64,000 nt of DNA. Source: an uncultured Chlamydiae bacterium (GTDB taxonomy: Bacteria; Chlamydiota; Chlamydiia; Chlamydiales; JAJFMA01). The position numbers and the translations under genes were made by a program. Positions within the stretch are counted from its first letter, which is position 1. Each line of letters begins with the position of its first letter. Shown piece by piece: positions 39,643-49,081 of this stretch. The notes beneath the pieces are model-generated. The model searched no databases. It saw nothing but the letters and a program-made list of their open reading frames with translations, and was not told the DNA's origin. The DNA lies in the NCBI GenBank assembly GCA_963713615.1, contig CAVQMM010000001.1, positions 3,200,001 to 3,264,000 on the forward strand, written 5' to 3'.

Positions 39643-41085
39643 CTATTCGTCGCCATAGGTGCCAGGAGGAGGTTCATCGCTATCACCAGCGCCTGTCCAG
39701 CTCGACAAACTATGAAACTGCGCCAGCTCTTTACGGAAGGCTAGATTCACCGTGCCAATGGCTCCATGACGGTTTTTGGCGACGATACATTCAGCTTGTC
39801 CAGGCTTGTCATGCGGGTCGTAGTATTCGCGTCGGAAGAGAAAGAGAATCACGTCAGCGTCTTGTTCAATGGAGCCGGATTCACGCAGGTCACTCATAAT
39901 AGGGCGGTGGCCAATACGTTCTTCGACCTTTCGAGATAGCTGGGACAGGCAGATAACGGGTATATTCAGCTCCCTCGCCAAATTTTTCAGTAGACGAGAG
40001 ATCTCTGAAATCTCGCTCTGGCGGTTTTCAGGACCACGCCCTGAGCCACCCCCAGAAAGCAATTGCAAGTAGTCGATGACCAGCAGCTCGATACCATAGG
40101 CCTCTTTCATGCGTCGAGCGCGCGCACGTAGGTCGTTGACATTGAGGCCGGGCTGGTCGTCAATCACCATGTTATGGTTTTTGATGCGCTCAACACACGC
40201 ATAGATCTGTTGGTATTCCTGGCCGTTGAGGGAGCCCCGCTTGATTTTGTCGGACTCTACCTCGGACTGTGAGCAGATCAATCGATGCACAAGCTGCTCA
40301 GCGCTCATTTCTAGGGAGAAGATCCCTACGGGCATGCCACCTTTGAAACAAACATTCTCCGCGATATTGATGGCTAGAGCCGTCTTACCCATCGCCGGAC
40401 GTGCAGCTAAGATGAGGAGATTGGACTTGCCTAAACCGTTAATCATTTTATCGAGGTCGATGAAGTGTGTCGGAACACCCGTGACACCAGGATCTTCAGG
40501 ACCTAAGGTATTGAAACGGTCTTGGCGTTGCTCAAGCTCTTTCAAGAATGGCAGCTTCGATTCGCTTTTGGTACCATCGAGGACTTGACGCAGAAGGACA
40601 CCATCTCTGCCGTGCGCTTGCTGTCCGATTTGGAAAAAGAGCTGCTGAGCACTATCCAAAGCAGTAAGCACATGATCCGGTTCTTCGAGGGCGGTGGTCT
40701 CGATGACCTGAGCGGCATGGATCATCCGCCTTAAGAGAGCTTTATTATGTACAAGCGAAGCATACTCTTCGATATGTGCGGATGTACCCGCGTATTGGGC
40801 TAGTGTGGTAAGATACCCCACACCACCAACAGCAGAGAGAAGATCTTGCCTCTTGAGCTCTTCAGCCACCAAATGTACATCGACAGGCAAGTCCTTCTTG
40901 TAGGCTTCCTTAAGAATTCGATACACCAGCTTATGTTCATTGTAGTAAAAGTCGCTGTCGTCGAGCATCCCAGCACTGATGTTTAGGGCGTTGATGCTTG
41001 TCAGCATGCAACCCAGAACCATCATCTCAGATTCTTTGGAATTTGGCGGACTCTTGAGCTTCGCTTTGGCCTCAGACATAATCAC
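39643..41085 (-). CDS. dnaB: Replicative DNA helicase
   Basis: LAARPAMGKTA, FSLEMS, VIDYLQL, LSQLSR, SDLRESGSIEQDAD, AKNRHG. Confidence 0.97.
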   Translation of the reverse strand: MIMSEAKAKLKSPPNSKESEMMVLGCMLTSINALNISAGMLDDSDFYYNEHKLVYRILKEAYKKDLPVDVHLVAEELKRQDLLSAVGGVGYLTTLAQYAGTSAHIEEYASLVHNKALLRRMIHAAQVIETTALEEPDHVLTALDSAQQLFFQIGQQAHGRDGVLLRQVLDGTKSESKLPFLKELEQRQDRFNTLGPEDPGVTGVPTHFIDLDKMINGLGKSNLLILAARPAMGKTALAINIAENVCFKGGMPVGIFSLEMSAEQLVHRLICSQSEVESDKIKRGSLNGQEYQQIYACVERIKNHNMVIDDQPGLNVNDLRARARRMKEAYGIELLVIDYLQLLSGGGSGRGPENRQSEISEISRLLKNLARELNIPVICLSQLSRKVEERIGHRPIMSDLRESGSIEQDADVILFLFRREYYDPHDKPGQAECIVAKNRHGAIGTVNLAFRKELAQFHSLSSWTGAGDSDEPPPGTYGDE

Positions 41086-41227
41086 ATAATTTGGGGTTAG
41101 AATGGCGGTTGACGGAGGAAAACCTTACTGCAAATCGACACAAAAAGTCCAGACCAGCGTTTTGTGTAGGGCGCAGTTCGTGAGATTTTTGGTTCTTGCA
41201 AAGCGCCCCCAATTCTTCACAAGAACC

Positions 41228-42229
41228 TCATTTTTCGATGACTTGCATCATCGCTTCCGTACCTCGAGCTCCCTTAACGCCTCCGGGAGGAACGATCTGA
41301 TCCAGAACCTTGAGGTCGTTAGGGGTGAGCTCGACTTGTACAGCCGCAACGTTTTCTTCCAGATACCGAATGCGTCGTGTTCCGGGAATGGGGATGATGT
41401 CATCACCTTGGGCGAGCACCCACGCTAGGGCTAACTGAGCTGCTGTGCACCCCTTGGACGCTGCAAGCTTTTCAAGGGCAGCAACCTGTTGAATATTCAC
41501 TTCGAAATTTTGTTCCTGAAACCAGGGGAGGTGGCGGCGAAAATCATCCTCCGCTAGGTCTCTGACCTGCTTGATCTTCCCGGTTAACAGGCCGCGACCC
41601 AGGGGGCTGAAGGCCACAAAAGAGATCCCTAATTCACGGCATGTTTCCAGAACTTTTCGTTCAGGTTCGCGTGTCCAGAGGGAATATTCGCTTTGTAGCG
41701 CCGTGATGGGATGGATGGCATTAGCGCGTCGTATCGTTTCTGGCGAAGCCTCGGACAATCCAAGGTAACGTACCTTTCCCTCTTTTACCAGCGCTGCCAT
41801 CGCCCCTACCGTTTCTTCAATGGGCGTCTTTGGGTCCACACGATGTTGATAGTAGAGGTCAATGGTGTCGATTCCAAGGCGTTTCAGGCTGGCTTCGCAG
41901 CAGCTGCGCACGTAGTCCGGCTTACCGCAGACATCGCGTTTTTGTGGATCAGGGTTCAGCACGAAACCGAATTTTGTCGCCACAATGACATGATCGCGCT
42001 GATCACGGATAGCTCTGCCGACCAGCTCTTCATTGCGACCTTGACCATACATATCGGCGGTATCTAGGAAGTTGATACCTAGATCCAAAGCGCGCTGAAG
42101 GGTTGCTGCGGACTCCGCGTCGTTACGTGGACCATAGAAATCCGACATACCCATGCAACCCAATCCTAAAGCGGAAACGTGAAGACTGCTGTGTCCTAGC
42201 GTACGTGTGGGCACTTTTGATGAGGCCAT
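41228..42229 (-). CDS. Aldo/keto reductase
   Basis: [33 protein letters not shown]. Confidence 0.92.
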   Translation of the reverse strand: MASSKVPTRTLGHSSLHVSALGLGCMGMSDFYGPRNDAESAATLQRALDLGINFLDTADMYGQGRNEELVGRAIRDQRDHVIVATKFGFVLNPDPQKRDVCGKPDYVRSCCEASLKRLGIDTIDLYYQHRVDPKTPIEETVGAMAALVKEGKVRYLGLSEASPETIRRANAIHPITALQSEYSLWTREPERKVLETCRELGISFVAFSPLGRGLLTGKIKQVRDLAEDDFRRHLPWFQEQNFEVNIQQVAALEKLAASKGCTAAQLALAWVLAQGDDIIPIPGTRRIRYLEENVAAVQVELTPNDLKVLDQIVPPGGVKGARGTEAMMQVIEK

Positions 42230-42480
42230 GATCTCTCCTGTGATGAAAATTTATTGGAGTTACCGTAGCATAACGCGTACGAATTATGCAAATCAGGTGA
42301 ACGAATGCCCCGCAGTGGATAACCATAAATATTGTATTAAGCAGAGATTATAACACTGTTAAGAATTGTATTTCAGAGGTGTTTTGCACAAATCGTGGAC
42401 TGTAAAAATGGGAAAACGGTATACCGCTTTAGTAAAAATCGCAGAAAAATAGTAAAGATATAAAGGTTGAAGGGGGAGCT

Positions 42481-43296
42481 GTGGCATTAACATCAGTACG
42501 GCCGATTGGTCTGGATGCTTGTTGGCAAACGACCGATCTAGTCAAAAGCATAGAGAAATGTTCAAAGGAAGGGGGAGTGGCCTCGCGTTTGACCGCAGGT
42601 GGTTTGACAGGTCTAGTAGCTCTTACCGCTTTAGCTAATGCGGTCATGCATTTCACCAGGGCTCTCGTTGAGCTTCCGATGATTGTTGTGATTACTGTTC
42701 GAAGGTTGGTTGGTATGAGTACTGTCGCGCAAAGCGACTACAATCTAAAGAGGGCTGCTTTGCATGTTGTCCGGGCCTTAGCCTTTGCTGCAGAGGGGGC
42801 CATTTGTGGCACGATTGGTATTCCTTTTGCTGTTGTCAAGCCTTCGGTGATTGTTTCTTTGCATCGCGATTTGCGTTTGGATGTTTCTTGGGAAGCTTCA
42901 GTTTTCTCGCAAAGATGGATAGGGCGTATAGGACAATGCTGCGATATGGCACAAAGTTACCTAAAGGGTGCTTGGGAACGGTTGTATAAGGCTGACCCAG
43001 TCTTTACAGTCAAAGTAGTGGGAGCCCTGGAGGGCGTCCTGGCGGTTGCTGGTATCGTGTGGATCATGTCTCGACCTGCACCGGAGATCTGTCCAAAACC
43101 GGAGGTCTGTCCTGCACCAGAGGTCGTTGATAAGCCTCGTAAATATAAGGATATGGAGATTTACGACTGCGTATGGGTCCCATATACAGGCTTCAGATCG
43201 GTAGAAGAGTTAAAATGGAAGGAGCAGCAGCACACCCTGACAGCGACGCCTAAGCCAACGGGGAGGATATGGTTATGGGGTGGTTTTGATGATTGA
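42481..43296 (+). CDS. Hypothetical membrane protein, paralog of 53427-54293
   Basis: Shares GLDACW..DLV, RLTAGGLTGLVAL, QSDY, CGTIGIPFAV.KPS.IV.LHRDL with the 53427 ORF; GTG start with GGGAG RBS. Confidence 0.7.
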   Translation: MALTSVRPIGLDACWQTTDLVKSIEKCSKEGGVASRLTAGGLTGLVALTALANAVMHFTRALVELPMIVVITVRRLVGMSTVAQSDYNLKRAALHVVRALAFAAEGAICGTIGIPFAVVKPSVIVSLHRDLRLDVSWEASVFSQRWIGRIGQCCDMAQSYLKGAWERLYKADPVFTVKVVGALEGVLAVAGIVWIMSRPAPEICPKPEVCPAPEVVDKPRKYKDMEIYDCVWVPYTGFRSVEELKWKEQQHTLTATPKPTGRIWLWGGFDD

Positions 43297-43390
43297 CCCA
43301 TTTTCGCTAAGAAAACAATGAAATATTTGACAATTCGGAGTCTGTGGTTATCCTTGTGCAGGAAAATCACAGATTGTAGGAGCACCGGCG

Positions 43391-43843
43391 ATGTCACAGT
43401 CATTAGCTTGCATGTTGGTACATGTCATTTTTAGCACGAAGAACCGTCAGCCCTTTATTCAACAGGGAACCATGCCCGAGCTTTTTGCCTATATGGCAGG
43501 AACAGCCAGGGGATGTGCTTCCCATGTATACGAGATTGGTGGCGTTGAGGATCATGTTCACGTGTTGCTTACGCTGCCAAGAACGTTGGCTTTATGTAAA
43601 TTGGTCGAAGAACTCAAGAAGTCATCTTCAAAATGGATAAAGACCAAAGGCCATATTTATGCCGATTTCTGTTGGCAACATGGATATGGAGGGTTTTCAG
43701 TAAGTCAGTCGGAAGTGGAAAAGGTTCGGAGATACATTAGAAATCAGCGTCAACATCACGCCAAAATGACCTTTCAGGACGAATATCGCTGTTTTTTAAA
43801 TCGATACAATGTTGCCTTTGATGAGCGCTATGTGTGGGATTGA
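43391..43843 (+). CDS. tnpA: IS200/IS605-type Y1 HUH transposase
   Basis: HVIFSTKNR, GGVEDHVH (HUH), WQHGYGGFSVS, catalytic YIRNQ. Confidence 0.92.
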   Translation: MSQSLACMLVHVIFSTKNRQPFIQQGTMPELFAYMAGTARGCASHVYEIGGVEDHVHVLLTLPRTLALCKLVEELKKSSSKWIKTKGHIYADFCWQHGYGGFSVSQSEVEKVRRYIRNQRQHHAKMTFQDEYRCFLNRYNVAFDERYVWD

Positions 43844-46800
43844 CCCGTTGTGGCATATACCATGGCGGTGCCATGGCCTGTTGCAATGCCTGCCCTTCGG
43901 GCTTTGGATGGATGACGGTGTGTGTTACAACAATATTGTGTATGGATGCCAGACAATCATCTGCATGGGCATTAACGGCATCCGGGATAATCCATGGACA
44001 TGTTTCGACGATAGTTTCGAATCGAGCGTTTATTAAATAATCTATTTTCAGAGACGCTACAATCATTTCTAAGCCCGAAGGGCAGACATTGCAACAGGCC
44101 ATGGCACCGCCATGGTATATGCAGCAACACGATTTCGCAGCCTGTAGGGCTGCCACAAGACGTCAGGTTGCACACACCGTATATACATGCGTTTTATAGC
44201 AGTCTTTCAGACTGCGTCATCATTTTTTGGCATATACCATGGCGATGCCATGGCCTGTTGCAATGCCTGCCCTTCGGGCTTAGGATGGGAGACGGTGTGT
44301 GTTACAACAATATTGTGTATGGACGCCAGACAATCATCTGCGTGGCTGTTAACCGAGTCCAGGGTGCTACACGGACATAATTCGTTCATAGGATGGGTGG
44401 TGTTGTGTGATACAACAATATTTCGTGTGTATGTCCGAACAATCATCTGCGTGGTTGTTAACAGAATCCAGGATGATCCACGGACAGATTTCAACGATAA
44501 TTTTGAATCGAACATTGATAATTTCGAATCGGACGTCTATTAATCGACCTTTTGTCAGATATGCTGTCACCATTTCTATGCCCGAAGGGCAGGCATTGCA
44601 ACAGGCCATGGCATCGCCATGGTATATGCAGCAATACGATACCGCAGTCTGAAAGACTGCCACAAGACGTCAGGTTGCACACACCGTATATACATGCGTT
44701 TTATAGCAGTCTTTCAGACTGCGAAATCTATCCTGGCATATACCATGGCGATGCCATGGCCTGTTGCAATGTCTGCCCTTCGGGCTTAGGATGGGTGATG
44801 GTGTGTGTTACAACAATATTGTGTATGGACGCCAGACAATCATCTGCATGGTCATTAACGGCATCCGGCATAATTCATGGACATGATTCAACGATAATTT
44901 CTAATCGAGCGTTTATTAAATAATCTATTTTCAGAGACGCTACAATCATTTCTAAGCCCGAAGGGCAGATATTGCAACAGGCCATGGCATCGCCATGGTA
45001 TATGCAGCAACACGATACCGCAGTCTGACAGACTGCCACAAGACGTCAGGTTGCACACACCGTATATACATGCGTTTTATAGCAGTCTTTCAGACTGCGT
45101 CATCATTTTTTGGCATATACCATGGCGATGCCATGGCCTGTTGCAATGTCTGCCCTTCGGGCTTAGGATGGGAGACGGTGTGTGTTGCAGCAATATTGTG
45201 TGTGTATGTCCGAGCAATCATCTGCGTGGCTGTTAACCGAGTCCAGGGTGCTACACGGACATAATTCGTTCATAGGATGGGTGATGGTTTGTGTTACAAC
45301 AATATTGCGTGTGGGTATCCGAACAATCGTCTGCGTGGTTGTTAACAGAATCCAGGATAATACACGGACATGATTTCAACGATAATTTTGAATCGAATAT
45401 GGATAATTTCGAATCGGACGTCTATTAATCGACCTTTTGTCAGATATGCTGTCATCATTTCTAAGCCCGAAGGGCAGACATTGCAACAGGCCATGGCACC
45501 GCCATGGTATATGCCAGGAATGGATTTCGCAGCCTGTAGGGCTGCCACAAGACGCATGCACAAATGAAGCGCTCACAAATAAACATATTCTGGCAGTCTT
45601 TCAGACTGCGTCATCATGTTTTGGCATATACCATGGCGATGCCATGGCCTGTTGCAATGTCTGCCCTTCGGGCTTAGGATGGGTGATGGTTTGTGTTACA
45701 ACAATATTGCGTGTGGGTATCCGAACAATCGTCTGCGTGGTTGTTAACAGAATCCAGGATAATACACGGACATAATTCGTTCATAGGATGGGTGACGGTT
45801 TGTGTTACAACAATATTGCGTGTGGATGTCCGAACAATCATCTGCGTTGCTGTTAACCGACTCCAGGATGACCCACAGAAATGGTTCAACAATAATTGTT
45901 TGAATCGAACATTGTTAATTTCGAATCGGGCATTTACCAAACAACTTCTTGTCAAATATGCTGTCATCATTTCTAAGCCCGAAGGGCAGACATTGCAACA
46001 GGCCATGGCACCGCCATGGTATATGCCAGGAATGGATTTCGCAGCCTGTAGGGCTGCCACAAGACGCATGCATAAATGAAGCGCCCACAAATAAACATAT
46101 TCTGGCAGTCTTTCAGACTGCGTCATCATGTTTTGGCCGATACCATGGCCATGCCATGGCCTGTTGCAATGTCTGCCCTTCGGGCTTTGGATGGGTGGCT
46201 GTGTATGTTACAACAATATTGCATGTGTATGTCCGAGCAATCATCTGCGTGACTGTTAGCCAAATCCAGGATGATCCACGGACATGATTCGGTTATAGGA
46301 TCGGTGGTGTTGTGTGATACAACAATATTGCATGTGGATGTCCGAACAATCATCTGCGTTGCTGTTAACCGAATCCAGGATAATACACGGACATAATTCG
46401 TTCATAGGATGGGTGATGGTTTGTGTTACAACAATATTGCGTGTGGATGTCCGAACAATCATCTGCGTTGCTGTTAACAGAATCCAGGATAATACACGGA
46501 CATGATTTCAACGATAATTTTGAATCGAATATGGATAATTTCAATCGGACGTCTATTAATCGACCTTTTGTCAGATATGCTGTCATCATTTCTAAGCCCG
46601 ACATCCCGCTAGAATTTTTCAAGATTTTTCGTAGCTTTCAGGCGATTTTTCGATGCCAATTCCTTCGGTTTTGAAACTTTTAATTATTTTCTAATTTTGC
46701 TAAATTTATAGAGCCGAAGTAGAGTAGCCGTGCTCCTTTCAACTGCGAAGGGACACGGTGAATTTACTTAGGAAGGTTGTATACAACTCCTATGGGGTTG

Positions 46801-46905
46801 CCGAAGCAGAGTAGCCGTGCTCCTTTTCTGCTCAGCTAACATCGCCGAATTTGCTGACCTTGTTCATTCAGGCCAAACAGAACAAAGCCCGTTTGCTAAA
46901 CTAAC

Positions 46906-48102
46906 TCAGTCTTCCTTCTGACGGTAATCCCTGTCATGTATGAGTATCGACCATATTACTCTTATCATATGACGGGCAAATGCTCGTACTGCTTGGTTAT
47001 GTTTTTTTCCCTCTGCTCTCTTCTTCTTGTAGTACTGTGCAGCCTCATCACATAGTTGTATATGTCGAGCAGCTCCGGTCATCATAGCTCCCTTTCCCCT
47101 CCAGTTAATATTTCGAGGCGATCGAGACCCCTCATATTGGCCAGAACTCTTGTTCAGAATTCCTATTCCCAAGTAGAGCGCTAGACTAGCTTCCGACTTA
47201 AACCGATCGATACTACCAATCTCTCCAGCGAGTTCTGCGGCACAAATGGAACCATATCCAGGAATAGATTCAATCCGAGATGCTATCTTGGATTGTGGGA
47301 TCAAACCCTCTATCAATACCTCCAACTGCGCTATTTCATCTAGCATCTCGAGTAGCCTTCTGACATCTCGTACTATTAATTTTCCTATCCACTCAACCTT
47401 TGAAGAGAACTTAGCCGTCTTTTGCCATTTCTGAATTTCCTCTGCATAAACCTCTCCAACGCCCTTGATTTGCAACAGGCTTCTTTTTTGCATTCGAAGC
47501 AACATGGTCATGTCTTCCTTCGAAGCAAGAAATCGTAGAAACCAAAGATTTGCTGGATTTTTTGTAATAGACAGTAGACCGGGGCAAACAGCCTGTAGAT
47601 CCCCTTGAAGTCGATTTATGATTCTTGTCTTTTCTTTTACCAACTCTCTACGACGCCTTGAAATATGTTTAAGTTGCTCGTTGCATACCGGTGGAGGCTC
47701 TACTTTCTGCAGAATATTTTTTGCCAACGGTAAGGTCTCTTGAACTTGAAACAAGCTAAAAATAGCCCAAGCGTCAATTGGATCTGTTTTGGCTGGACCA
47801 GGAAAAACTTCCTTAAATCTAGCCAATTTCATGTTGTTGACACTATACAAAGAATATCCGTGATCAAGAGCATATCTATCGATGGGTCTAGCATAGCCAT
47901 TAAACCCCTCCATAGCCATGACAACAGGCATGTTATAGGAAATTCTAAGCTTCTCAATTTTCTCAAAAAACTGCTCAATGTCTTCAGAAGTGTGGTTTAG
48001 ATAAAATCCATCGATGCGTTCTCCTGTGGACAAGCCTATGGCTACATAGTGTCGAACGCTACCGATATCTAGACAAATACGAAGTTCGGACTGATTTTGC
48101 AT
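46906..48102 (-). CDS. IS110-family recombinase/transposase
   Basis: DEDD RuvC-like residues (CLDIG, AMEG, KTDPIDA); SIPGYG..AAEL.GEIG.IDRF; catalytic SSG. Confidence 0.93.
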   Translation of the reverse strand: MQNQSELRICLDIGSVRHYVAIGLSTGERIDGFYLNHTSEDIEQFFEKIEKLRISYNMPVVMAMEGFNGYARPIDRYALDHGYSLYSVNNMKLARFKEVFPGPAKTDPIDAWAIFSLFQVQETLPLAKNILQKVEPPPVCNEQLKHISRRRRELVKEKTRIINRLQGDLQAVCPGLLSITKNPANLWFLRFLASKEDMTMLLRMQKRSLLQIKGVGEVYAEEIQKWQKTAKFSSKVEWIGKLIVRDVRRLLEMLDEIAQLEVLIEGLIPQSKIASRIESIPGYGSICAAELAGEIGSIDRFKSEASLALYLGIGILNKSSGQYEGSRSPRNINWRGKGAMMTGAARHIQLCDEAAQYYKKKRAEGKKHNQAVRAFARHMIRVIWSILIHDRDYRQKED

Positions 48103-48139
48103 GATAAATGCCCTGTTAAGTGTTTGTGAGCGTTAAATT

Positions 48140-48353
48140 TCACCCAAATTCCACTTCTACTTACAGAGCCACAATCAGAAGATTGGCACCATCCCGAACG
48201 GAATTATTGGATGATGCAAACGACGAAGGCGGCATATCGGGCCAGGCGAACAAACATTCGCTAAGGGCACACGGCCACACCTTCGTCGGCCAAAATGATA
48301 CCTTAGAGAAATGTTTTTTGTCTTTTCCTATTACCGTCGATAATCGTTTGCAA
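48140..48353 (-). ncRNA. Predicted IS110 bridge RNA
   Basis: Two stem/internal-loop modules carrying guides that match the target (UGCCCUU, GCCCGA) and the donor junction (CGGGAUG, GUAGA). Ends approximate. Confidence 0.8.
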
Positions 48354-49020
48354 AATCCTATGGTAGAAGGGCAGACATTGCAACAGGCCATGGCACCGCC
48401 ATGGTATATGCCAGGAATGGATTTCGCAGTCTGAAGGACTGCAACAAGACGCATGCACAAATGACGCGTCCACAAATAAACATATTCTGGCAGTCTTTCA
48501 GACTGCGTCATCATTTTTTGGCATATACCATGGCGATGCCATGGCCTGTTGCAATGTCTGCCCTTCGGGCTTAGGATGGGAGACGGTGTGTGTTGCAGCA
48601 ATATTGTGTGTGGATGTCCGAGCAATCACCTGCGTGGCTGTTAACCGAGTCCAGGGTGCTACACGGACATAATTCGTTCATAGGATGGGTGATGGTGTGT
48701 GTTACAGCAATATTGCCTGTGGATGTTCGAACAATGATCTGCGTGGTTGTTAGCAGAATCCAGGATAATACACGGACATGATTTCAACGATAATTTTGAA
48801 TCAAACATTGATAATTTCGAATCGGACGTCTATTAATCGACCTTTTGTCAGATATGCTGTCACCATTTCTATGCCCGAAGGGCAGGCATTGCAACAGGCC
48901 ATGGCATCGCCATGGTATATGCCAGGAATGGATTTTGCAGTCTGCAAGACTGCCATAAGGTGTTCTAAACAATCTCTTGTGAATGTCACATAGATTGATT
49001 TCTGGAAGCTCCCCAAAAAA

Positions 49021-49055
49021 AACGTCTAGCAGTCCCAAAAAGACTGCTAGACGTT
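49021..49055. terminator. Intrinsic terminator of the coiled-coil gene
   Basis: aacgtctagcagtc-ccaaaaa-gactgctagacgtt preceded by an A-run (U-tail on the minus strand). Confidence 0.75.
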
Positions 49056-49081
49056 ATATTTGTAACTACAGATGAGATCTG

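Larger units (their letters stand above)
46602..48367 (-). mobile_element. IS110-family element inserted into a REP hairpin
   Basis: Removing it restores tctaagcccGAagggcagacattg. Core GA at 46600-46601 and 48366-48367. Subterminal IR tagaatttttcaa (46610-46622) / ttgcaaaatccta (48348-48360). Confidence 0.9.
43852..48957. repeat. Composite REP/BIME-like array: seven inverted doublets of a ~52-bp palindromic unit, with 109-bp internal units and a second REP family between doublets
   Basis: ggcatataccatggcgRtgccatggcctgttgcaatgYctgcccttcgggc forward at ~43852, 44229, 44735, 45112, 45623, 46134, 48520; reverse at ~44073, 44580, 44956, 45465, 45977, 46596 (IS110-interrupted), 48873. Confidence 0.9.

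Noticed and set aside
43391..43843. IS605/IS607 element with TnpB or IscB
   Set aside because: No RuvC nuclease ORF follows tnpA; the downstream RuvC-like protein is an IS110 recombinase on the other strand.
46712..46890. TIGR array or integron attC sites
   Set aside because: Only two units, with an 88-nt period, no evident box C/D periodicity or RYYYAAC/GTTRRRY ends, and no integrase. Kept only as an unexplained structured repeat.
43852..48957. CRISPR array
   Set aside because: Repeats alternate in orientation, the intervening sequences are themselves homologous and 100-400 bp long, and there are no cas genes.
43737..49038. The many overlapping 60-150 aa ORFs (IYHGDAMACCN..., HIPWRCHGLLQCLPFG...)
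   Set aside because: They are translations of the palindromic repeats in several frames on both strands; unit lengths do not preserve frame.
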